From the human T2T-CHM13v2.0 reference genome, Homo sapiens: DNA of 64,000 nucleotides. This document shows, piece by piece, positions 46,020 to 60,921 of this stretch. The first letter of the stretch is position 1. Each line of letters starts with the position of its first letter. The notes under the pieces were generated by a model, which saw only the letters and a list, made by a program, of their open reading frames with translations, ran no database searches and was not told where the DNA came from. The stretch is from assembly GCF_009914755.1 (NCBI RefSeq), contig NC_060926.1; one strand, 5' to 3'. The position numbers and the translations under genes are program-made.

Positions 46020-46475
46020 GCTTTTGTTGCCATTGATTTGGTGTTTTATTCATGAAGTGTTTCCCCACGCCTGTGTCCTGAATGGTATTGCCTAGGTTTT
46101 CTTCTAGGGTTTTTTTTTTATGGTTTTAGGTCTTATGTTTAAGTCTTTAGTCCATCTTGAGTTAAGTTTTGTATAAGGTGTAAGGAAGGGGGTCCAGTTT
46201 CAGTTTTCTGCATGTGGCTAGCCAGTTTTCCCAACACCATTTATTAAATACAGAATCCTTTCCCCATTGCTTATTTTTGTCAGGTTTGTCAAAGATAAGA
46301 CAGTTGCAGATGTGTGGTGTTATTTCTGAGACTTCTGCTCTGTTCCACTGGTCTATATATATGTTTTGGTACCAGTACCATCCTGTTTTGGTTACTGTAG
46401 CCTTTTAGTATAGTTTGAAGCCAGGTAGCGTGATGTCTCCAGCTTTGTTCTTTTTGCTTAGGATTGTTTTGGCTA
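46018..46475 (-). mobile_element. Inverted L1PA ORF2 segment (duplicate of 47420-47869)
   Basis: Reverse complement runs tagccaaaacaatcctaagc...gcaacaaaagcca, collinear with the forward copy downstream. Confidence 0.92.
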
Positions 46476-48856
<2,381 letters not shown>

Positions 48857-51800
48857 GTCACTACATAATGATAAATGAGTTAATTCAGCCACAGAGTATA
48901 ACAACTTTAAATATATATACACCTAACACTGGAACACCCAGATATGTAAAGCAAATATATAAAAGATAGAGAGATAGGCCCCAATGCAATAATATCTGGC
49001 GACTTCAACACTCCACTTTCAGCATTGGAGAGATCTTCCAGACAGCAAATCAATAAAGAAACATCAGATTTAATCTGTACTATATGCCAAATGGACCCAA
49101 TAGATATTTACAGAAAATTTCATCCAAGGGCTGCAGAATACACATTCTTCTCAGCTCATGGATCACTCTCAAGGATAGACTATATGTTAGGTCACAAAGC
49201 AAGCCTTAAAACACTCATAAAATCTGAAATAATATCAAGTATCTTCTCTGATCATAAAAGAATAAAGCTAGAAATGAAAAATGGGAGGAATTCTGAAAAC
49301 TATTTATATACATGGAAATTAAACATGCTCCTGAATGACTGGTGGGTCAATGAAGACATTAAGACAGAAATTTAAAATGTCTTGAAACAAATAATAATAA
49401 ACACAACATACCAAAACCTATGGGATACAGCAAAAGCAGTACAAAGAGGGAAATTTCTAGCTACAAGTGTCTACATAAAGAGAAAAAACATCAAATAAAC
49501 TAACAATGCATCTTAAAGAGCTAGAAAAGCAAGAGCAAACCAAACTCAAAATTAATAGAACAGAAATAAAGATCTGAGAATAAATAAGTGAATATGAAAT
49601 AAAACAATACAAAAGGTCAATGAAATAAAAAGTCCATTTTTTGAGAAGTTAAACCAATTTGGTTTAACCTTAGCCAGATTAAGGAAAAAAAGATCCAAAT
49701 GAATAAAATTAGAAATGAAAAAGGAATCATTACAGCTAATACTGCAGAAATTCAAAGGATCATTAGTGGCTACTATGATCAACTACGTGTCAATAAATTT
49801 GAAAATCTATAAGAAATGAACAAATTCCTAGAAACATACAGCCTACCAAGATTGAACCACAAAGAAATCCAAAACCTAAACTAAGCAATAACAAATAACA
49901 AGATCAAAGCTGTAATAAAGTGTCTCCCAGTAAAGAAAAGCCCAGGACCCAATGACTTCACTGCTGAATTATTCCAAACATTGAAAGAAGAACTAATACC
50001 AATCCTACTCCAAATGAAGGAGGAGAGAATACTTCCAAACTCATTATATGAGGCCAGTATTTCCCTGACACCAAAATCAGACACCTTAAACTACAGCCCA
50101 CTGTCTCTGAATATTGATGCGAAAAACCTTGACAAAATACTAGCTAGCTGAATTCAACAATGCATTAAAAAGATCATTCATCATGACCAAGTGGGATTTA
50201 TGCCAGGGGTGCATGGAAGGTTCAACAGATGCAAATCCATCAATGTGTAATACATCATATCAGTAGAATGAAGGACAAAAATCATATGATCACTTCAATT
50301 GATACTGAGAAAGCACTTGATAATACTCAACATCCCTTCATGATAAAAAGCAAAAAAAAAATGGGTATACAAGGAACATAACTTAATATAATTAATGCAA
50401 TGTATGATAGACACACAGCTAGCATCATACTGAATGAGGAAAAACTGAAAGCCTTTCCTCTAAGATCTGGAACATGACAAGGATGTCCACTTTCACCACT
50501 ATTATTCAAGACAGCACTGGAAGTTGTCACCAGAGCAATCAGACAAGTGGAAGAAATAAAGGGCATCCAAATTGGAAAGAAGTCAAATTATCCTTGTTTG
50601 CGGATGATATGATGTATTTCAAAAAGCCTAAAAACTCCACCCAAAATCTATTAGAACTGATAAATTCACTGAATTTGCAGGATACAATTTCAACATACAA
50701 AAATCAGTAGCATTTCTATATGCCAGCAGTGAAAAGGAAATCAAAAAAGTAATCCCATTTAGGATAGCTAGGAATAAAATGAAATACCTAGAAATTAACA
50801 AAAGAAGTGAAAGATATCTATAATTAACAGTATAAAACCCTGACTAAAGAAGTCGAAGAGAACACTGAAAAATAGATATTCCATGTTCATGTTTTGGAAG
50901 AATCAATATTGTTAAAATGTTCACACCACCTAAAACAATTACAGATTCAATGCTGTCCCTATCTAAACACCAATGAAATTTTTCAAAGAAACGAAAAAAA
51001 AGTCCTTAAAATTTATATGGAACCACAAAGACTCAGAATATTCAAAACAATTTGAAGTAAAAGAACAAAACTGGAGGAATCACATTACCCGGCTTCAAAT
51101 TATGCTACAGAGCTATAGACACCAAAACAGAATGGTACTGGCATAAAAACAGATACATAGACCAATGGAACCGAATATAGAACCCAAAACCAAATCCACA
51201 CACCTACAGTGAATGCATTTTCAACAAGGCTGCCAAGATCCATACATTGGGGGAAAGACTGCCTATTCAATAAATGGTGCTGGGAAAACTGGATATCCAT
51301 ATGCAGAAGAATGAAACTAGATCCCTATCTCTCACTATGTAAAAAGCATAACAAAATGGATGAATGACTTAAATGTAGGACCTCAGATTATGAAACTACT
51401 ATAAGAAAACACTGGGGGAAATCTCCAGGATATTGGTATAGGCAAAAATTTTGTGGGTAATATCCCGCAAGCACAATCAATCAAGGCAAAAATGGATAAA
51501 TAGGATTGCATCAAGTTAAAAAGCATTTGTACAACAAAAGAAACAGACAACAAAATGAAGAGACAACCCACATAATGGGGGAACATTTGCAAGCTACCCA
51601 TCTGACAAGGGATTAATAAGCGCAACATATTAGGAGCTGAAACAACTCTATAGGAAAAAAATCTAATAACCCAATTAAAAAACGGGCAAAAGATTTGAGT
51701 AGCCATTTCTCAAAAGAAAACACAAAGGGCAAACAGACATATGAAAAGGTACTTGAGATCATTGATCATCAGAGAAATGTAAGGCAAAACTACAATGAGG

Positions 51801-52620
51801 TATCATCTCACCTCAGTTATCCAAAAGACAGGCAATAACAAATGCTGACAAGGATGAGGAGAAAAGGGAACCCTTATACACTGTTGGTGGGAATGTAAAT
51901 TAGTACAACCACTATGGATAACAGCTTTCAGCTTCCTCAAAAACCGAAAAATAGAGCTACCATATGATCCAGCAACCTCACTGCTGGGTATATACCCAAA
52001 AGAAAGGAAATAATATATTGAAGAAAGATCTGCATTCTCAGGTTTTGTTGCAGCACTGTTCATAATAACCAAGATTTGAAAGCAACCTATGTGTCCATTC
52101 ATAGATGAATGGATAAAGAAAATGTGTCACATATGGAAAACTGGGTAATATTCACCCATAAAAACGATATGCTGTAATTTTCAATAACATGGGTGGAACT
52201 GGAGATCATTATGTTAAGTGAAATAAGCCAAACACAGACAAACGTTGTATGTTCTCACTCATTTGTGGGTTCTAAAAATTAAAACAGTTGAATTCATGGA
52301 GACAGAGTATAAGGATGGTTAGTGGAGTCTGGAAAGGGGGTTGGGGATAGTTGGTGATGGTTAGTTGGTACCAAAAAAAATAGAATGAATAATACCTAGT
52401 ACTTGATTGTACAACAGAGTGACTATAGTCAGTAATATCTCAACTGTACATTTGAAAATAACAGTATAATTGAATTGGTAACACAAAAGATAAATGCTTG
52501 AGGATATAGATACCTCATTCTCTATGGGATTATTATGCATTGTAGGTCTGTATTAAAACATTTCCTGTACCCCATAAATATATATACCTACTATGTAGCC
52601 ATATAAGTTAAAAAGAAAGA
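48857..52620 (+). mobile_element. L1MA2-like LINE-1, 3' part (rest of ORF2 and 3'UTR)
   Basis: Resumes within the endonuclease domain (gtcactacataatgataaa; ggcgacttcaacactccac); FADD codons near 50597; 3' end gataaatgcttgagg...tgtaccccataaatatatatacctactatgta. Confidence 0.88.
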
Positions 52621-52920
52621 ATATTATGTAAAATCATGTAATAACATAAGGTTTGCTCTTCATTAGCAAAGTCAAAGTGTGAAAATCTAGACATGTAAAA
52701 CTGCTAAACTGCGCTTGAAATCTTCTCAATAAAAAACAAACAACTTAATTTCTTACTCTTTTTTCCAAGTTGATTAGACTCCTTTTTTTCTAACATAAAT
52801 AGCTAATTCCCTCTAATGGGAACCCAATTCACATTTATTCATCTGATTGTCTGTGAGTGGTGTTGTGGTGGGTGTTGTAAATATAGGGAATATGATTTCT
52901 ATCCACAGATAACATGTGGA

Positions 52921-53145
52921 CCTGAGGGAGTGACTCAGGATATATTGACTCATCTTTTAATGCACAGCCAGTCCTTTTAATGCACAGAAATTCCCATGGG
53001 AATTTCTAGCCATTAGCTTCCACACCAGGGGACGTTTGGGGGAGGGTTGTATACCTATTTCAATTCCTCAAGGGAGGCTCAGATAGCACTGTACCTGGAG
53101 GATGGTTTCTTTCCACTAAATACTTCCATCATTGGAAGTATTTAG
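52921..53145. promoter_or_regulatory. Candidate enhancer motif cluster (2x AP-1, palindromic EBF site)
   Basis: TGACTCA at 52931 and 52946; perfect 22-bp palindrome agaaattcccatgggaatttct (52986-53007) containing ATTCCCNNGGGAAT. Motif evidence only. Confidence 0.35.
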
Positions 53146-54330
53146 CATGAAAGTGTTCACCATCAGAGGCAGAAGGCATGGGTGAACCAAGAGTTGAGAT
53201 AGAATTCTTAAATCTGAATATGTTTTCCAAGCAGGAACCTGGGACATTGTCATGTCTCGAGGTGGGTAAGGGACTCACTAACACAGAACACTCACAATTT
53301 TACTCATTTTTTCTCTAAAATGCTATATATATTGCTTTGATATGATACCTAAAAATATTCACACATATTGAGTGTTCTGAGTGCTGTGCAAAGTGGGTTT
53401 CATTGGTTACCTGCCCCAAATTTATTGTTTTCCTCTTTTCTGGAACTTCCAAAGTACCCAGAAACTAACACTGAATCCGAAAGCCTAATATTCCGTAATT
53501 TCCTATGCAGGTAGAGGAGAGCACAAAAACGGGGGTGACAGTGAACACATGAGAGTTCCTCGAAAGTCCTATAAAATAATTTAATCCACTGGCAGGGATT
53601 ATCTCGCTCTACCAAATTTTTGGCATGAAGACTAGTGCTACAGAAGCTATCACAGCTAACTCATGTCCCATCTGAACCTTGGCTTTGAAACTTTTCCAAC
53701 AACTTCTGCATTAACTTGACATTCACTCCGTGGCTAAGGATCTCTTCAGATACTGGAGAAGATCTTAACCACCTGTCTCTGCTTCCAATTCTAAATTATC
53801 CCAGTCTCTCTTCAGGCCTCAACTTCTTTCTCAACATTCTCTCTTCCCAAACTTTGAAAGAGAATTGTATAATTCAGGGACTGACCACAGACTGTGAATG
53901 CTGGTCCTTTAAACACATGAGCCAGAGTTTGGAGGGGTGGGGAGGAGAGTAGAAATGGTTGTTCTTGTTTGTATTCCAAGACCAGTGGTCTGAGGTTTTA
54001 TTATTTGTCTTAGATGCTATCAAATGAGGGCAAAGTAATGGTGTAACCTGCATGTATCAACTTAAGGAGAGTTCAGGCCAGCCATTGATGCAGTGTGGAT
54101 AGAGATTAGGTACACTAGAAGGGCAATAGGCAAGATGTGTAACATGTCCAAATAGGCATTATTTGAACCCAAGAATTTTGAAAATTTAACCAGATTTTTA
54201 ACAAAATCATTGATGTCTACGCAGATTTATACAAAAGTATTTTTGTTGTAGGGGAAAATCTGACATAACCTAATAAGAGAAATATTTATGAAACAAATTC
54301 ATTCATAAGGTGAAATAATTTAGAAAGTTA

Positions 54331-54797
54331 TGTCAAATTATGCCACAGTGACTCAAAAGTTAAAAAGCAGAACCAGGCAGCTGTATCTGGGTGGGAGAGT
54401 GGTCACATGCCCTGTATGCTGGCAGAATGATGTAGTGTTCTCTGAAAGATGTTGTAAAAGTGTCACAAGACCACCCTTTATGCAATCAACCCGAAGCAGT
54501 TCTTGTTGTTGGTGCTGAGATAGACTGCAGGTGGAAATTCCCCAGCTGACCAACAGACCATGTGATGTCAACCGACTGACCACCTGAAACCATTCAATTA
54601 GAAACTGTTGATTTGAGACTCCCCTGGATTTTCTCTGTTCCCCTGTGGTTTATTCCTTTGTAATTTCCTACTCCTGGATTCCTTCTCATGGAGCACACTT
54701 TTGTTTTGCACCAAAGACTGTGTCACCTAATCTGTAGATTGCTATTAGAAAATAAAGTTCTCTTTTGGCCTCTGCAGATCTCATTGGTCTTTTAACA
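54331..54797 (+). mobile_element. ERV solo LTR (LTR47-like)
   Basis: TG...CA termini (tgtcaaat...ttttaaca); AATAAA near the 3' end in gaaaataaagttctcttttggcctctgcagatctca; near-TSD gtta/gttt. Confidence 0.65.
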
Positions 54798-56087
54798 GTT
54801 TCTACAAGTAAAAATATTAATAATTTGATGGATTGATAATTACTTGTTGTCAAGGGAAGATATGATATGCTCACAAACAATATACTCTCCTTTAAACAGA
54901 CATATATAGGCAAATGTTTAAACATAAAAATCATATATTAAAAAAAGACACTCATCTCTAACTGGTAGTATTATTCTTTCCTACTCTTGGTTCTCACTAC
55001 TTTAACATTTAAGAAAAACATATAAAGGTCACTTCTAAAAAGTATTTCTTAACACGTCATTTCTGTGGGTTTTAGTAAAATTAGGTTTTTTTTTTTTATT
55101 CCTTATGGGCCATTGGAGACATAGATGTTAAATCAGGACATAACTAGAAAATTCATTTTCTTTAAGTCTTTCAAAATTCTCATTGCAGTATGTCTTTTTT
55201 CTCAACTTGATATTTTTTTGTAGGCTAGTTCATGGTGCCGTGTCTTGGCTTACTTTTGAGTGGCATGATAAGCTTGTTGACCAATAGCCCCTCATCCCAG
55301 TTACACATCTATTTCCTATGGCGAGAACATTTCCTGTACTACTCATATTTTAGAGTCTTTTCTAATCTGCCTGGAATTTTCTTGTATAATTTCTTTATAA
55401 TACTTCTGCTTGCTTTCACTCTAATTCCTCACTGTGTCCTTTTATTGTACTTTAGCAAGGATAACAAACTAGAACAACTCCCAAATAGCTACTTAATTCA
55501 TTGTAGCCTTGTTTACTCTGTTTCCTTCATCAATTATTTATATTTTCTTAAGAGGATAGAACTGCTTAGGCTGCAACAGGCCTGACTGATACTTCCTTTG
55601 GAAGATACACTCATGTAAAATAGTTATATTCCTGAAATAGTTTTTTCAAGTTTAATCACACTGGAAAGCTCTTATCTTGAAACGAAATTCACTTATTTTG
55701 CTGAATTGGACTCTCGGTAGGAAATGCAGCTGGTAAAACAACTTGTTTAAGCTGCAACCTAGCAGGTTTTTTCTTCCTTCAACTCCTCAATTCCTAGATG
55801 AAGAAAAAATCTCTTTAGTTTCCTATTTTTTTTTACAGAATCAAAATTTGTGTTCTACAAGAAGGAGGAAACTCATTAAACTACTTTAAAAGCAAACTAT
55901 AATTAAAATGTTTGAATTCCGGTAGTAAGATTCACAGGATTTATGGTCTTAAATTATTTACACTATGTAGAATTCAGTTTTCTACTCTGAAATTAAGAAT
56001 CCCTACCCCACTGCATTCTTGCAAAATAAACTAATTCAGGCAATATGACTGAAAATGTATAGATAATAACAATGATTTTCCTAATAT

Positions 56088-57179
56088 GTGTTAGATAGTA
56101 CAAACAAAACAGTATCTGACACAGATCTTAATCAATTTAGAGGTTTATTTTGTCAAGGTTGTCCATGACACAGACTCAGGAGGTCCTGAGAATATGTGCC
56201 CAAGGTGGTTGGCTTACAGCTTGATCTTATACATTTTAGGGAGACAGAAGTTACAGGCAGATGTCAATCAATACATGTAAGGCATACATTGGTTTGGTTT
56301 GGAAAGGGGGGACAACTCAAAATGGGGAGCTTCCAGATCATAGGTGGATTCAAGTATTTTATGATTGGCAATTGGTTGACAGAGTTAAGTTATTATCTAA
56401 AGACCTGGCACCAATAGAATGGAATGCCTGAGTTAAGATGGGGGGTTATGGAGACCAAGCTGCTTCTTATGCAGATGAAGCTGCCAGGAATCAGGCTTCA
56501 GAGAGAAAAGATGTTTAATGTTTCTTGTGAGACTTAAAAAGTTTCCAGGCTCTTAGTTAATCTCTCCTAGATCAGAAAAATACATGGAAAGGGAAGAGAA
56601 TTATCTACAGAATGTAGACTTTTTTTTACTGTAAGACAGCTTTGCAAGGGCATTTTAAAATACATCAAAGATATATATTTCAGGGTAAAACACTCTGATT
56701 TTTTTCAGGGCCTGCTGTCTGTCATATGATGTATCTTGTTGCTATAAAGAGTCTGTTTGGTCAGTCTTAAGATATGTTTGGTTTTTTTGTTTGCTTTTTG
56801 TTTTTTTGTTTGTTTGTTTTTCTGACATGGAGTTTCACTCTGTTGCCCAGGCTGGAGTGCAGTGGTGTGATCTCGGCTTATGGCAGTCTCTGCCTCCCAG
56901 TTTCAAGCAATTCTACTGCCTCATCCTATGTAGTACCTGGGATTACAGGCTCCTTCCACCACGTCTGGCTAGTTTTTGTATTTTTAGTAGAGGTGGGGTT
57001 TCACCATGTTGGCCAGGCTGGTCTCAAACTCCTGACCTCAAGTGATCCACCCACCTGGGCCGCCCAAAGTTCTGGGATTACAGGCATAAGCAACCACATG
57101 CCTGGCCTAAGATTCTGTTTTAATGTTAATGCTGGTCAGTTATGCCTGAATTCCAAAGGGAGGAGTGCGTAATGAGGCA
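56088..57179 (-). mobile_element. MER4 (MER4D/B-like) ERV1 LTR, interrupted by an Alu
   Basis: atcaatttagaggtttattttgtcaagg...caggaggtcctgagaatatgtgcccaaggtggt...tacattttagggagac...gaattccaaagggaggag. Confidence 0.85.
56780..57107 (-). mobile_element. AluSx-like, inserted in the MER4 LTR
   Basis: Reverse dimer with (TTTG)-patterned tail; degenerate TSD taagatatgttt / taagattctgttt. Confidence 0.93.
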
Positions 57180-57202
57180 GATTCTGTGGCATAAGAATTC
57201 TT

Positions 57203-57793
57203 TATAGGGGTGAAGTGCAGGTTTTCCTTCTACCCTCTGAAGGTTCACTAAAAATTAACTGACAATAAGCAGATTAATAGGAAAATGCGTATAAATTTAT
57301 TTCGTATAAACAGAGGGGAATTGCAGAAAAATGATTACCCAATTATTCAATGAGATCTTTCTTTGCAGGAGAAGGGGAGATGAGGGAAATGTGACAATTT
57401 TTAGAGGTGTAGAAAATGACTTTAGGAAAGATAAGTAGACCTGGGAAACAGAAATTAGCTTGTAAATGATTCTCTTTGAAATTTGAATGAGTCCTAGAGG
57501 CAGAAATAGTTTATAACAATGTGCATCTAGGTGTGGTTACATTCCTTAGTCTGTTTTCCTGGGATAGATAATAAAACTTCAGGGAGGGGATAGAAGGCAA
57601 TTGTCTTCTTTTTGGAGGGTTTGATCATAAGGCAGATAAGAGAATATCAAAGTAAAATTTGCTGGTGTGGGGAGATAGGAGAGGTCAGAAAGTTCTTCAT
57701 TCTATGATAGTTTCTGAGGCCTTCCCATTTTAGTTCAAAGTCTCAGCATGCCAAATGCCATACTTTTAGGGTATCATTTTCTGAGCCCCAACA
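57203..57793 (-). mobile_element. MER39/MER34-like ERV1 solo LTR
   Basis: Terminus gtatcattttctgagccccaaca (reverse of TGTTGGGGCTCAGAAAATGATAC); 4-bp TSD tctt at 57199-57202 and 57794-57797. Confidence 0.8.
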
Positions 57794-58081
57794 TCTTCAA
57801 GTTGTAAGCATAGGTCCAGTAAGTCAGTAAGACTGTAGGAAGATGCATGAGAAATAATGGAGAAAAACAGTCTTGGGAGAGTTACATTTCTTGCAGGATA
57901 CCTTGTAATCAGTATTAATAATTATTCCTTATTCACTCTTTTTGTTAAAGCTGTATGTATTACAGCTTCTATATGCACTACTAAGTAATTAGAGTATGAT
58001 GTTATAGAAGACATACCTGTTACTGCCTTAGTGAATTTTGCATTCTAGGAAGAGTAGAGGCAAGTGAAAGAAACATAAAGA

Positions 58082-58506
58082 TGTAACCTCTCAACAGGTT
58101 CATTTTGCCCACTGCCCACATATAGCTGATTCATCAAGACAGGGAAATTGCGATAGACAAACTTTAATCACACAGAGCCAGCTGAACAGGAGAGCAGAGT
58201 TTTATTATTACTCAAATCGGTCTCCCCAAATATTTTGAGACTGGAGTTTTTGAGAATAAGTTGGTGAAAAATGTCAGACCCTGAAAAACATGCAGGGGCT
58301 GAAAAATATTTTGATCACCAATCTGAAGTTTTATAATAGGGATGTTATCCCTAGGAGCAATTGACGGAGGATTAGAATCTTGGAATCTCTAGCTTCATGA
58401 CTCCTAAACTGTAATTTCTAATTTTGTGGCTATTTTGTTAGTCCTAAAAAGGCAATCTGGCCTCAGATAAGAAAGGGGTTTATTTTGAAAAAAAGGAAGT
58501 TATAAT
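58082..58506 (-). mobile_element. LTR8-family ERV1 LTR, interrupted by the HERVIP10F provirus
   Basis: tgtaacc...gattcatcaagacagggaaattgc...gagttttattattactcaaatcggtctcccc; ends abruptly at LTR10F. Confidence 0.8.
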
Positions 58507-58944
58507 TGTTACATATAAAGTTTTGGTGCCGCAAAAGAAGTAGCACTCGAATATAAAATTTTCTTTTTAATTCTCAGCAAGGCAAGGTACTTCTATAGGA
58601 GAGTGCCCCCTTAAAGATGGAGCAATGGTGAGCACACACGTGGACAAGGGAGGGAAAGGGGTTCTTATTCCTGATGCATGTGGTCCTTACTGCTGTATCA
58701 TTCCCCTATTGGCTAGTGTTAGACTGCACAGGCTAAACTAATTCCAATTGACTAATTTAAAGAGAGTGACGGGGTGAGTGGTTTGGCAGGGAAAATGTTT
58801 ATGAAATGAGTCAGGGTGGCAAATGAGTCAAGATGGAATAGGTCATCGGAAAAGGTTACCTTACAAGAAAGTTAAGTTTAAAAGTAGAAGGCAAAGAATT
58901 GAACATACTGATGTATTCTTTGAAGAGTAATTTAGAATTTAACA
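58507..58944 (-). mobile_element. LTR10F, 3' LTR of HERVIP10F
   Basis: TGTT...AACA termini; reverse of CAGTATGTTCAATTCTTTGCCTTCTACTTTTAAACTTAACT; polypurine tract AAGAGGAGGAAGT at 58945-58957. Confidence 0.88.
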
Positions 58945-58989
58945 ACTTCCTCCTCTTACATTTTTCTTACATCTTTCTCTTCAAACTTA

Positions 58990-60920
58990 TTTAACATGTC
59001 TTGACTTAGGTGTTGTCCTTGATTTTCCAAAAGAAGAAGCTTCTCTGGATAAGGTGGAGGATAGTTAAGGGAGGTTTTAGTAAGTGCCATTTCTATGAGC
59101 CTCTGCACCAACCTACGGAGGCATGGTATGACACAGCACCCAACAAGAATAAGTACACCTATTATGGCTATGAGGGAAGTAAGAATTGAGGCTATTCTTC
59201 CTTACCATTTACCTAACCACTTTTCGAGCCATCCTGTAAAGGGGTCATTTACCCCTGAGTTACTGGCTACCTCATTGGATAAAGCAGTCAGACATTGCAA
59301 TGCCTTTGTTATACTTCCACTAGGGGCAGTGTTGTTTGGGATGAAGGTGCAACATTGATATTCATGATGCAAACTCCTTCTCTATCTGCTAATACCATGT
59401 CTAAGGCTATCCTATTTTCCCAAGCCATCTAGGTAGCAGCCCCTAGCTGTTCAGCTATTCCTTTAACATTTCTAGTGTAGTTAATAAATTGCCGTTGGTT
59501 GTAATAGATGTAGTTTATCCAATCTATATTTTTATTAATTGTCACCCACCAAAATATTGACTCAAATGCTGCAGCTATTTGATTTCAGGCTTTAAATTGA
59601 TCTGGTATTCCCTGTGGGACTCCAATTGCATCTAAATAGACGTGAGAGTTGAAGGACCCATAAGGGGCTTCTCTTGCTTTATGATGTCTTATTTTTCCTT
59701 CCTGTGGTTGATGAAATGCCACGGTGAAAGGGATAGCCAATTGGACTAAAGCATAAGTGCCACTCCAGTTATTCGGCAGAGTGTCCAGTAAAGGTCCACC
59801 ACAATACCACCACACATCCGCTCAGGGATGAACAAGGGCTGACTGATTGGTAAGCTCTTGAAAATTCTTAAGCTTACTGCGTCCTTTCAGGTCTCCAAGG
59901 AACGCTGTTTCCTCCCAGTCATGAGAGACATGAAGTGAACTTAGTGTTGGGAGATGGAAGCTGGATGGCCCTGGGGGGCTAACCCGCAGGGTGTCAGACT
60001 TTGGGATATAGCAGAGAGAGAGCTTGGCTGACTTGTTACCCCAGGCTGTAGAATCCTGGAAAAGAGCTACCATGCAGCCCATGCTCGGTCAACTGGAGGA
60101 CCACCCTAGTGGAAAGGGGACAATCTGGGCCTCTGGCTTGCCATGTGCACAAGCATAACAATTGCTTTTGTTTGATGTGCAGACAGAATATTTGATCCAT
60201 TCCAGCCAGGCATTTACAGCTTGGTATCCCATCTCAATTGCCAAAGATTGTTTTAAGTCTTTAACTTCTATCATCGCTATCTCGGCCTTGTCATTAGATG
60301 GAGGAGGAACAATGGTTCCGCTGTGAGAGGTTTTGGAAAAAGGCTTAGAGGTAGGTGCAGGCAGCGGGGGATCAAAGAAATGCATTTCAAAGAATCCAAT
60401 AGGGTCTATTCCTGAAATCTCAGCCCCCATACCATAAAACCGGCTTAAAGAAGGAAACCAGCTTAGAAAAGGAGAAGAACTTTGGGGGCTCAAAATAATA
60501 ACCTGTTTAGGATTGCACCTGGTTTAGCTGACAGTTAATGTATGGTTTTAGGAAATTACAAAAGCCAGTTGGAGCAATCCATCTTTGCTCTTTGGTGGTC
60601 CACAGAAGGTTGGACCAACTATGGCATAAAAGCTCTACATCGGGGGTGGGGTCAAGACTCTTGGTTGCCACTGGGGTCTTTATTGAAATCTCCCCAGATT
60701 AAATGGTCCCAATTCACTAATGCCCAGTCTGAGGAGAGCCAGGAGGGACAGAGGTACTGTTCTGAAGTAGAGAGCTGTCTTTGACTTAACCAATCCCCAC
60801 AGGGTATAACAAGGCAAGCATCAAATGCAATAGTTTGAAGTGAAATTGACTTGGTTATGTTAATAATTAGATGGTCAGCAATAGAGCCAGGAAAGAAGAA
60901 AGAGTAATAGATGAAAGAGA
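58990..60920 (-). pseudogene. env: HERV-I (HERVIP10F) env, disrupted
   Basis: SU fragments (WLEWIKYS...CYACAHG; WWYCGGPLLDTLPNNWSG), furin-like KIRHHKAR, immunosuppressive domain MAWENRIALDMVLADREGVC at ~59369-59428; several stops and frameshifts. Confidence 0.88.
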
Positions 60921-60921
60921 G

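Noticed and set aside
58990-60920. Possible domesticated (syncytin-like) env
   Set aside because: Broken into several short frames by stops and frameshifts, including around the CX6CC motif.
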